A stretch of DNA of 64,000 nucleotides from Azolla caroliniana (taxonomy: Eukaryota > Plantae > Polypodiophyta), in NCBI GenBank assembly GCA_043228905.1, contig JBHGNT010000022.1, positions 9,176,001-9,240,000 on the forward strand, in the 5' to 3' direction. Below, in pieces: positions 13,700-24,902 of this stretch. How positions within the stretch are numbered: the stretch's first letter is position 1; every line of letters begins with the position of its first letter. Position numbers and translations under genes: made by a program. A model generated the notes under the pieces. The model made no database searches and was not told the origin of the DNA. It was given only the letters and a program-made list of their open reading frames with translations.

Positions 13700-13915
13700 A
13701 AATCATTGGTTAATTAATGGCACCCATATTTAATATAGAACTTCTCAATCATTGGTTCATTCATGCCCACCATTTTAAATATAAGCCTTTTCAATCATTG
13801 GTTCATTCATGACTACATCTTTAATACAAAACATTAGAGAGTTATAAAAATGTTGATTTGAGTATTCAATAATTGGTTCATTCATGAACCTCTATCATTG
13901 TTTTATTTATGACGT
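13700..13915. repeat. dispersed short repeats AATCATTGGTTCATTCATG (4-5 copies)
   Basis: Copies near 13701, 13747, 13793 and 13868, plus a degenerate one near 13894. Each contains a reverse CCAAT box, and they lie between the divergent genes. Confidence 0.75.
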
Positions 13916-14259
13916 TGAAAGGCAATAAAAAATATAAAATAATCATTAATATGTTAGTTTGAGTATTTAATCATTGATAGTGGTTAAGCTTACCAACCAG
14001 GGTTTGTGGTTACTTTAACCACAATGATCAATCCCTATAAATAGGAAGACCCACTCATTTCGCGATCACTCACATGCAGAACAGAGCACAGAGCACACAG
14101 AGCACACAGAGCACACAGAGCCCAGAGCACGTAGCACCAATCGTCATCTCCCCATTAGCATCGATGACGAGAATCATGTCTTCTAAGAAGAGTGAGCGCC
14201 AAGATTCCAGGTAAGCGCCTGGCTGTACGAACCTTTTTTGTAAATATGTTTTTAGCACT

Positions 14260-14640
14260 CAAGAACTCGATACAAGGTATCAAGTTCTTCTATAAAACAC
14301 TCTTATTAAACAGGAACTCGATACGACGTATCGAGTTCCTGTTTAAATCGCCCACTTTACACAGGAACTCGATACGCCACATCGAGTTCCTGTTTAATAA
14401 GAGTATTTTATACAGGAACTCGATCTTGTTTAATAAGAGTATTTTATACAAGAACTCGATACGACGTATCGAGTTCCTGTTTAATGTGGGGGTTTTATAC
14501 AGTAACTCGATACGTTGGATCGAGTTCTTGTTTAAATCCCCCACTTTAAATAGGAACTCGATACGTCGTATCGAGTTCTTGTATAAAATACTCTTATTAA
14601 ACAAGAACTCGATACGGCATATCAAGTTCCTGTATAAAAC
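14260..14640. repeat. array of 8 palindromes with 51-bp period
   Basis: Core GAACTCGATACG-N-CGTATCGAGTTC starts at 14263, 14314, 14365, 14416 (15 bp deleted), 14452, 14503, 14554 and 14605. Confidence 0.95.
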
Positions 14641-15336
14641 ACTCTTTTTAAAAAGGTATACTATGTCTTTGGGGGAACTTATTGATATATGTGTGAAAAA
14701 ATACCAATTTTATGTCCAATTTAGACATTTTTAGGAACAGTTGCTACATTTTGTAACATTTAGCGTCCTTATTGAATCAGGTTTTATGACCTATAATAGC
14801 TTAAAATAATAGAAAATAACACACGAATTACCTTTATGATACCAAATTCAAACCTATCGTATTAAAATTCTCAACAATATGGGATATGGAATCAATATAA
14901 ACCATACATACCCTCCAATATGATACATATCTTTGTAAAATTATTAAGATATATAATTTTCGAAGTTGACTAGCCCTTACTAAATTTAAATTCACAATAA
15001 AGGTCTATCATGTTCACAGAAACTATGATTGATATTTAGAGTTTAGCACAAGTCGCTTGCTAGTTTTTGTCTTGGTCTGCTTATGTATATTTTAATAGGT
15101 AACCTTAATCTAGGGAACAAACTAACTTATATTTTCGCACGTCTTTTCTTAAATAGGTCGTTTGAGAACTTGTCAGACCGACCTGTGAAGAAAATCAAGC
15201 TCCGAATTCAGGGCTCTCCAATTGAGACCTAGAAACAAATAGTTCCTTAGAACATGAAGAGAGGAAAAAAGCTTCTCTTCAACGAGGAGACAAAATCTCA
15301 ACCATCAGACAGAATTAGCCAAAAGGAAATGTTAGC

Positions 15337-16137
15337 TGCTATTAGTGGTGAGGACCTTCTTGACTGTGATCTAACAAACAAGGAATGGTGTATGCAGTAC
15401 GTCGACTCCAAGAAAAAAGTCGTGCTGTATACGACAAAGAAGAAGGGCGGCGGTCAGCTTGAAAAAGACACCGCATGTATGTATGGCCGTGTTTTACGAT
15501 TTCACTATGAAGATTTAGATTCAGCCAACATTCTTGTAATGATAGAGTGCTCGAAGGGTACCATAAAGTGTACCTTTCTGAAGATCGACTAGTAAAGGAA
15601 TCTTGCTATTAGTGGTGAGGACCTTCTTGACCGTGATCTAACAAACAAGGAATGGTGTATGTAGTACGTCGACTCCAAGAAAAAAGTCGTGCTGTATACG
15701 ACAAAGAAGAAGGGCGGCGGTCAGCTTGAAAAAGACACCGCATGTATGTATGGCCGTATTTTACGATTTCACTATGAAGATTTAGATTCAGCCAATATTC
15801 TTGTAATGATAGAGTGCTCGAAGGGTACCATAAAGTGTACCTTTCTGAAGATCGACTAGTAAAGGAATCTTGCTATTAGTGGTGAGGACCTTCTTGACCG
15901 TGATCTAACAAACAAGGAATGGTGTATGCAGTACGTCGACTCCAAGAAAAAAGTCGTGCTGTATACGACAAAGAAGAAGGGCGGCGGTCAGCTTGAAAAA
16001 GACACCGCATGTATGTATGGCCGTATTTTACGATTTCACTATGAAGATTTAGATTCAGCCAACATTCTTGTAATGATAGAGTGCTCGAAGGGTACCGTAA
16101 AGTGTACCTTTCTGAAGATCGACTAGTAAAGGAATCT
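15337..16137 (+). repeat. 3 x 267-bp near-identical tandem repeat
   Basis: Units start TGCTATTAGTGGTGAGG at 15337, 15604 and 15871. Confidence 0.95.
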
Positions 16138-16432
16138 TGTGGGCCAAAATCCTTTAAAAAAGATCTACAAAGGTCACAAAATCTTATTGTCACCTTGAGG
16201 ACTTATATACAAGGCCATGTAACTCTAAGGTGTCGAATACGAGTGTATAATGGCCGTATTCACACTGTCCCCTTGGACAACCCAAGTTTGGGCTATTTCT
16301 GTAAATAGCACAAAGGGCAGTTGCCCTAGGACAATCACTATATAAAGTGACTTTGTAACCTGTTAGAAGTTGCTGGTTGTAATTCTTGTAGTTGTTGTTG
16401 CTATTGAGAAATAAAATCCTATTTCTTTGTGC

Positions 16433-16435
<3 letters not shown>

Positions 16436-16496
<61 letters not shown>
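16436..16496. repeat. (CT)n microsatellite
   Basis: Seen directly; lies just upstream of the ParB-MTase gene. Confidence 0.95.
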
Positions 16497-16500
<4 letters not shown>

Positions 16501-16671
16501 GTATCTAGTGTTAACTCGCATACGCAGATTCTTCACCATCACAGACGTTGTCTGCTCTTCCGCATTGATGGCCTTGCCCCCAACATAAGGGAGCCCTTTC
16601 CCTCCCCGGTGAAGGCCCCAAAAAGGGCATCTAAAGTGCAATCAAGACCAACAAAAAAGAAGACCACTAAA

Positions 16672-19441
16672 ATGTCGGACTCTGAATCATCAAGCTCAAC
16701 TGAAGATGAGGACACTAGGGGGACGCCAGGTGCTGAGCTGGCATCTGGTGTGTTGTCATCCGAGCAGAATAAGATACAAAGAGAGTTAATGTAGCACAAC
16801 CTAGTGAGAAAAGGGCAAGTGTTTAATTTGCCTATAACATACATCCATTGGCCCCCAATAGATGTAAAAACAGGACGAAGACCACTTGAGATCAGGGGGT
16901 CACACCGAATGCATGTTCAGAATCTCAAGAAAAAAAAGAAAAAAAATCCGCATGCTACAGTTGTGCCTTTCATTGTGATGGTAGATCCCGAACAATGTTC
17001 CATAACTGAGGACTTCGACGTGAGAAAGCATGATCAATACAATTACTTTGTAATTAGTGGATCACATTTGGCTAAAGCACGCCGACAACTTGTTAGAGAG
17101 CACCCAACGACTTTCTTCTTCAAGTATGCCGAGTGCAAAATATATGTGGGCCTCACAACTAAAGAGGCAAAGCTTTTGGCATGGGACCACAACAACGGCA
17201 ACGACTATAGGCAGAAAATGTCATCTATTGAATGGATAAGGTTTTTCCACCATGAATTACCTGGATGTCAAACAAAAGTTTGGTGTGAAGCTACACCCCG
17301 ACCTACGACGTCAATGCCTTCATGAGGTCGGCATTGTGGTGGATGATAATGTTAAGTCGGATGGTTTTCGGAAATATGAGTCCTAGTTTCAACTTGCCTT
17401 TAGAGATGGAGAAGTATGGGACCTACAAGATAAAATCTTCTCAATGTGGGAGAATAAGGAGGTCAAGGGTCAACGACAAAAGAAATGTAAGGTAGAACCT
17501 CAACTAGAATTAAAGTCACAAGCAGCCAAGAAAATTGATTTGACAATTGAAGAAGTGGCCGACAACATGAAGCTGTCTCTGTGGAGAGCGATGCAAGGTA
17601 TTAAGGACGAGCAACTTCTTGTGTCTGTTTTGTCAAGGGTTGTGGCGAAAGAATTAAGCCTTGAAGAAATGGTCACTAAGTTCAATAAGTAAGTCTTTCA
17701 AATAGTGATATTGAATTCAATATGGTGCAATTAAAAGTTCTAATCTCGTTTTCTAATTTCACAGTCATAAGGTGTACATGAAGATCCAAGAAGTTATGAT
17801 GAAACAATTTGGATGTATAACTTGGGAACCAGTGACCGAGGATTATCCTCTAACGTCTTCATATAAGGCGTTATCCGAGTATTTTATTGCATTCAAGGAT
17901 TGGGTTAGTATTGGTGTTTTTCATTAAGTTTTCCTCATATGTAGAGGTTGTGTATTAATACTTGATGTCTTATTACTTCTATTAGAAACCGTGTTGTGGC
18001 AAGAAACAAGGAGAAGTTAAGGATATACACAATTTCCCGACATCCTTCCTTGCACATCTCAAGAGAGCCAGAAAAGAAAAGGATCATCGCTTAGTCAAGG
18101 CGTACGAAATTGAGGAAGATGGCTCCTTCAAAAAAATTAGCCACAAAAAGGACATTACTAGAGATCTTTACTACAACATGATTTGCGGCGATGTCATTGA
18201 CATGATCCAAAAAGTGCCAAAGAACGAATATACGCTAATGATTGGTGATATTCCAGACAGATTTCGAATGGCAGGGTCATCATACGATGATGAACCTTTT
18301 AGGTTCAAACAATTAGAGAAGATGGTCAAGGATTTTGCTGAGCTAATGACTGCATCCTTGTGGAGGATAGTTGTCTTTTATAGTATGGACCAAGGGTACT
18401 CGGTAGCTCAAGCTTTGAGATCTCGTTGCCATGGCATCAAGAACCTTGCATGGTAAGGATTATTTATAAGTCTCATTCACTATATTGCCTTTCTTAATAT
18501 TGTTCAGTCTATTCTTAACTCGATGCAGTATTTGTTATACGATAAAAACCAATGTCAATAGAGGGCCAACCTTTCGGTTCGTAAATGCCATTGAATACAT
18601 TACGGTTGGCTACTTCGATGAAATAAAGAAACAAAGAATCAAGGAGCATTCTAATGAAGTCAGAGGTTCAAATCTGTTGATATATCCAGCAGAGACATGG
18701 TAATTGCGACATGTCACCACGACAGAACGAGGACTTGTCAACCCATACCAAAACCCTCAACAACTACGGTTGGCTACTTCGATGAAATAAAGAAACAAAG
18801 AATCAAGGAGCATTCTAATGAAGTCAAAGGTTCAAATCTGCTGGTATATCCATCAGTGACATGGTAATTGTGACATGTCACCACGACAGAACGGGGACTT
18901 GTCAACCCATACCAAAACCCTCAACGACTTATGATGCTCTTGATCGAGATGTTTTCTGTAGAAGGAGATTGGATATTAGACCTCTTTTCTGGCACAGGTA
19001 TTCCTCGAACTAGGTTAACGATCTTGAGATAACCAGTACTGATTCTTTTTTGTTTGAAAACTAATTCTTCTTGTTGCTTTCTTCATAGGGACAACGTCTG
19101 CATGTGCATTGAAGCTCTTCAGAAACACAGTTGCATTGGAGAAGGACGAGGAGCAAGTTATATTTATAAACATGAGGATTAAGGCTTTGTGGGAGTGCCC
19201 AGACCAGGACAAGGAGGTCAGTGCAAAGAACCTCGCTGATACTGAAAGGTTTCAACCTGCTTCACGAGAGCCTATTCCTTCGTTATCCAGGGAACCCGGG
19301 GAGCTAATAGAGCTTGATGATGAGCTTATAGAAGATATTACGTTGGCTCGGCTAACAGGGGAAGACAATGCACGTATAGCCGAAGAGACTTCTATAAGAG
19401 ATGAAGAAGAAAATGACATTGACGATTTGATTGCTATGTAA
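16672..19441 (+). pseudogene. ParB/Srx-like domain + beta-class N6-adenine/N4-cytosine DNA methyltransferase fusion, 5 exons, decayed
   Basis: Frame-preserving GT-AG introns at 17689-17764, 17904-17985, 18453-18528 and 18998-19088. ParB-like VPFIVMV...YFVISGSHLAKARRQL (~16960-17092). MTase motifs: ICGDVIDMIQKVPKNEYTLMIGDIPD (motif IV, DPPY-like), VNPYQNPQRLMMLLIEMFSVEGDWILDLFSGT/GTTSACALKLFRNTVALEKDEEQVIFINMRI (motifs X, I, II). Stops at 16792, 17384 and 18701; frameshift near 17257. The true start may be about 100 bp upstream. Confidence 0.85.
18601..18928 (+). repeat. 2 x 164-bp tandem duplication inside the MTase exon
   Basis: TACGGTTGGCTACTTCGATG starts at 18601 and 18765. Confidence 0.92.
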
Positions 19442-20140
19442 TAGACTCTTTTGTTGACAAAATGTATTGTTTGGAATTCACATTACTAATACAAATTTTG
19501 GGTTCTACTTGGTGTATTCCATTCTTTATATTCTTCTATATGTTTGAAATTTATTTCTATATACTTGGTTTGTTGACTTAGTGTCATGATAACACTCACA
19601 TCATGCATCGAAAGGATGATGACACTCACATTATGACTCGAAAGGATTTGAACCCATGACCTTGTTGTACACATGTCAAATCCTTAACCATTGTATTAAT
19701 ATTCTTATATGTATAGTCTCTAGAATATGAAATCTAATATCATAGGAATATTCTATATTACTCTACATTCTAGAATGACCTAGAATATTCTAGAGTGTTC
19801 TATACCACTAGAACCTTCTAGAATACTCTAGAGATCTTCTAGATTACTCTACATTCTAGGATAACCTAGAATATTCTAGAGAGTTCTCTATTACTTATAA
19901 ATAGGGATCTACCACCCATCCCAAACCAAAATTGGTTCAACGCCATTTTGTAGCCTACTCTTTGTAATCCATTTTACGCTTCAATATAATAATTCTCTTT
20001 CAATTATCTCTCTATCTCTTTCTCTCTCTCTTTCTCTCTCTCAGTCTTGACAGTTTGAACCAATTTTTTCCCTTTCATCTCTTCGTCTTCCACAAACCCT
20101 AACAAGTTCTCTTCTTCCTTCTCCTCTCCCCTCATAAGCT

Positions 20141-21265
20141 ATGGAGTCCGTGAGCAAACAAGAATACATGCGTGTTCTTTCTTAGCTCAACATGCTCACG
20201 AATAAATTTGTGGCATTAGAGCATGAGAATCAAAGGCTACTTGGAGATCTACAACACGTGAGCGCCGAAAAAGCTCAACAATATGAAGAGTTATCACAGC
20301 GGGTTCATCAACTTGAGGCGACTATATTGTCATTACGAGAGCAAGCGTCGGGGGCTCAGAACTCCCCTAGAGAGCCAAAGATCAGCCTCCCTGCCAAGTT
20401 TGATGGTACGAGGTCTTTATTTCGAGGCTTTTTGAATCAAGTTCGTCTAGTTATTCAGCTACATCCCAATCGGTATCCAACTGATGCTGCTCGTGTGGGA
20501 TTAGTGGGAACTTTGCTATGCGGTACGGCGTTAGCATGGTTCGCACCACTTCTCGAGAAGAAATCACCATTGCTGGAGGATTTCGAGGCATTTGTTAAAG
20601 AGTTTCAAGCTAGTTTCGGAGACACCGACAGCACTAGGACAACGATAAACAAGATTCGAAGGCTCCGACAAGGAGATCGTCCCGCGTTGTCTTATGCAGC
20701 CGATTTCCGTCTCTTGGCATGCGATATCCCTTGGGATGAGGCAGCTTTAATGGATCAATTCCGTCAAGGTTTGAGAAAGGATGTCAAAGATCTTCTTCTT
20801 ACTTTCCCTGAAGATCCGAAGTCACTTACAAAAGCCATTAGTCGAGCTGTGCGATGTGATAATCGCCTATTTGAGCGACGTTCTGAGCGCCAACAAATGT
20901 TACGCCGCCAACCTGAGCCGACTTACGCTTCCGTAGTCGCAACGCCTCCACAAGTTTCTAGACCCATTACAAGGGATGGCCCCATTCTGATGGAAATAGA
21001 GTCAACACAACGTCGTGGGCCGTTATCAGATGCTGAGAAGCAACGACGTCGAGCACATCGCCTCTGCCTATATTGTGGTGGTCCAGGACATATAGCTATA
21101 AATTGTCCACATAAACCTAGGCGTCAACTATACCAAGTAAGTGCCCATGAAAACCCTACATCGAGTTCTATTGTTACTTCTAATAACATAAATAAGCCTC
21201 ATAGTCCATGCCATGAGAATAGATTCGATGTCTTGAGTCAATTAGAGGATGTGTTAAACGAGTAA
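20141..21265 (+). pseudogene. chromovirus gag
   Basis: ORF 20192-21265 with PAKFDG capsid motif and zinc knuckle. An upstream in-frame ATG at 20141 is separated from it by one TAG. Confidence 0.88.
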
Positions 21266-24200
21266 GTCCGGCCAAAATAGGAGCCATTTGGCTGGACCAT
21301 CCTAGCTATGTAGAGTTAGTTCCTAGTCGTGGTTCCATTTCATCAAATCAAGTGAGTCGAGTTTTTTCAGCACAAGTCGAGCTTACCACATCTACATGTC
21401 ATCGAGTCCTACCCTTTGCCCTTCTAGATTCTGGAGCCAACTCTTGTTTAATGGATCGTGAATTTGCCTTGTCACAAAACATCCTCTTGAATAAGCTTCC
21501 CAGCCTAGTAGCCATAGGAGTCATTGATGGACGTCCCATAACATCAGGAGATATAGTCGAGGAGTCTGAGCCAATTAGGATAGTTCTTGGCAATTTGGCA
21601 AGAATAATCTCTTTCAACATTATTCGTAGTCCGGAACACCCAATAGTTCTAGGTCTCCCCTGGTTTGAACTCCATAACCCGAAGATTGATTGGATGAAAA
21701 GAACAATTGAGGAGACTTGGGAAAAAAGCACAAACCCTGCATCCCTCTCTCCTACATGTGATAATAGATCCCCGGAGTTATCGCCCATCTCTTTACGACA
21801 GTTGTGAGAGGAAGGGGGGAACGAGGCCATGTTCGTCTTCGCAATAATAGCAACTCCATCATCCACTTCAAATGAGGCGGATATTAAACTTCCAGAGAAA
21901 TACAAGGAGTTTTCAGATGTCTTTGATAAGGTGAAGGCCAATACATTGCCGGAGCATCGGCCATACGACTGCCCTATTGACTTACAACCAGGGAAAGAAC
22001 CTCCATGGGGCCCAATTTATAATCTCTCCCCTGTAGAGCTAGAAACTTTGCGGGAATATATTGATGAGAATCTGGCAAACGGATTCATTCGACATTCTAG
22101 ATCCCCTGCTGGTGCACCTATCTTCTTCATTAAGAAGAAGAATGGGACTCTTCGGTTGGTCGTGGATTATTGAGGGCTAAACAAAGTGACTATTCGGAAT
22201 AGATATGCTCTACCATTAATCCCGAATCTTTTGGAACGTCTTAGTGGTGCAAAATATTTCACGAAGTTGGACCTTCGCGGAGCATATAATCTAGTTCGGA
22301 TTCGCCCGGGGGATGAATGGAAGACAACTTTCCGCACTCACTATGGACATTTTGAGTATACAGTGATGCCATTCGGTCTCACGAATGCACCTGCTGTTTT
22401 CCAACATATGGCGAACGATATTTTTCGAGATTTTCTTGATATCTTCACTATAGTTTACCTAGATGATATTTTAATCTACTCAAAGACCCAAGATGAGCAT
22501 GATGAACATGTTCGTCAGGTATTGCGTCGACTCCGAGAATATGGTCTCTATGCAAAATTAGAAAAGTGTAGTTTCGGCCAAAATCAAGTGGAATTTTTGG
22601 GGTATGTTGTATCGTCAAATGGTATTTCTATGGACCCCATGAAGGTACAAGCAATTTTAGAGTGGCAAACGCCCCTTTTAGTGCATGATGTGCAATGTTT
22701 TCTCGGGTTTGCAAATTTTTATCGAAAATTTATTAAAGATTATTCCAAGGTTGTGCTTCCGCTTACTCAACTCACACATAAAGATCGACCATTTATATGG
22801 AGTTCAGATGCAGCCGAGGCATTTGAAAGCTTAAAACGAGCATTTACAACGGCACCTATCTTAGCACATGTTGACCCAATAAAACGCTTCATCCTCGAAG
22901 CCGATGCATCCGATTTTGCACTAGGGAGTGTCCTCTCGCAGACTGGAGATGATGGACAACTACACCCTGTCGCCTTTCATTCACGAAAGTTTGAAGCTGC
23001 AGAGATCAACTATGAGATCCATGACAAAGAGCTTCTTGCAATTGTGGATTCGTTTCAACAATGGCGACATTTCCTAGAAGGTTCTTCTCAGCAGATCATT
23101 GTCTACAATTATCATAAGAACCTGACTTATTTCCAAAATGCTCGAGTCTTGAGTCGGCGACAAGTCCGGTGGGCGCAATTTTTGACTCACTTCAATTTTA
23201 TCATCATATATCGCCCTGGGATGCAGCAAGGCAAAGCAGATGCTCTTTCTCGGTGCTCTTATATGGAACTTCGTCCAGGGGAACCTGCATTTGAACATAA
23301 AAAACAAATCCTTTTGGGTCCTAATCGATTACGATTAATGGTAGTTAACGCCATAACAACTCTTGAAAATTCCACTCTTCTTGATTCCATTCGAGATCAT
23401 ATGGCCACTGATGATTTCGCCAAGGATGTTTTGGATCATATTGTCCCGGATCGTGCTTCTTGCTCACGGTCGAAAAATCCTCGTAATGACTATTGTCAGT
23501 TCTATTGGCATGGTGGTTTTCTATTTCGACAAAATTTATTGTATGTTCCTGATGGTCCCCCACGGCTACAAGTTTTGCAACATTGCCATGACTCACCAAT
23601 GGCTGGTCATTTTGGAGTTCACAAGACTCTAGAATTAATTTCTCGACGTTATTGGTGGCCTCGCCTTCGTCATTTTGTTGAGGATTATGTTCGGAGTTGT
23701 GATATATGTTGTCGATCAAAGAATCCTCGTCACTGACCCTATGGCTTACTACAACCACTTCCCATTCCGGAAACTCCTTGGAAGTCTATATCCTTGGACT
23801 TCATTACTGATCTCCCAGTTTCAAAAGGTTTTGATGCAATTCTCACAGTGGTTGATCGATTTACCAAAATGGCACATTTCTTGCCATGTACAAAGTTGAT
23901 TACTAGTCAAGAGGCGGCTGATCTCGTTATGCGGGAGGTATTTAAGCATCATGGTTTGCCAGATGATATTATTAGTGATCGTGGTCCACAATTCATCTCA
24001 AAGTTTTGGAAGCACATGTTCAAACTTCTTCACATTTCAGTTAAGCTTTCTTCGAGCTATCACCCTGAAACAAATGGCCAAACAGAGCGTACCAACTAGA
24101 CATTGGAACAATATCTTCGTTGTTTCATCAACTATCAACAAGATGATTGGGTTGCTTTTTTCACTTGGCGGAATTCGCTTACAACAACTCAGCCCATTCT

Positions 24201-24902
24201 TCTACAGGATATTCCCCATTTTTCGCAAATACGGGCTGTCATCCTCGGTGGACGATGAATGCGCATCCAGAAGTTCCTACCAACCCTGCTGCCGAGGATC
24301 GTCTTAGTCGCCTCCAAGAAATTCAAGCTAACATTCTCCACAATTTGCACGATGCTCAATTTACACACAAGAGGTTTGCCGATCGTCATCGTCTAGACTC
24401 CTCAAAAAAGTTCCGCATTGGGGATTATGTATGGCTTCTCCAACACAACATCAAGACCACTCGACCTTGCAGCAAATTGGATTACCAACGTTTTGGCCCT
24501 TACATGATCACTGGTAAGATAAGTGATGTTGCATTTCGTCTTGACCTCCCTCCGCACATGCATCTTCATCCGGTGTTTCATGTATCCCTTTTGGAACCTT
24601 ATACTACAAGTTCAATTCTGGGCTGACTTACGACACCCCCACCACCTGTCGAGTTCTTGGACGGGCCTGAATTTGAAGTTGCTGCCGTTCTCGATTCTAA
24701 AATCGTGCGCAACAAGTTGTATTACTTAGTCGATTGGCTAGGTTATACCCCCAATGATCAAACTTGGGAGCCTACCGCAAATCTTTCCAATGCTGCAGAA
24801 CTCGTCAATGCATTTCATCGCCAATATCCTTGTAAACCAGGTCCTAATACAAACCCTATGACCCGTGAGACGTGTCGTCGAAGAAGGGGGATAGTGTCAT
24901 GA
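21253..24902 (+). pseudogene. chromovirus pol (PR-RT-RH-IN-chromodomain)
   Basis: ORFs 21352-21807, 21829-22173, 22186-23736, 23794-24099, 24147-24626 and 24657-24902, separated by stops and one frameshift. Confidence 0.93.

Larger units (their letters stand above)
14176..16308 (+). pseudogene. unknown spliced accessory gene (ORF-B), decayed
   Basis: Exon 1 14176-14210 (MSSKKSERQDS), donor GTAAGC at 14211, branch CTAAC at ~15122, acceptor TAG at 15156. Exon 2 is in frame with ORF 15254 through two TAG stops, then shows an internal triplication and a frameshift to ORF 16081-16308. Confidence 0.6.

Noticed and set aside
14260-14640. CRISPR array
   Set aside because: The context is eukaryotic with no cas genes, and the linkers are short and reused in both orientations rather than unique spacers.
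14192-14734. ORFs of 180 aa (+) and 111 aa (-) with RNSIRRIEFL repeats
   Set aside because: These are by-products of a 51-bp (17-codon) palindromic repeat that reads the same on both strands. The region is better explained as an intron.
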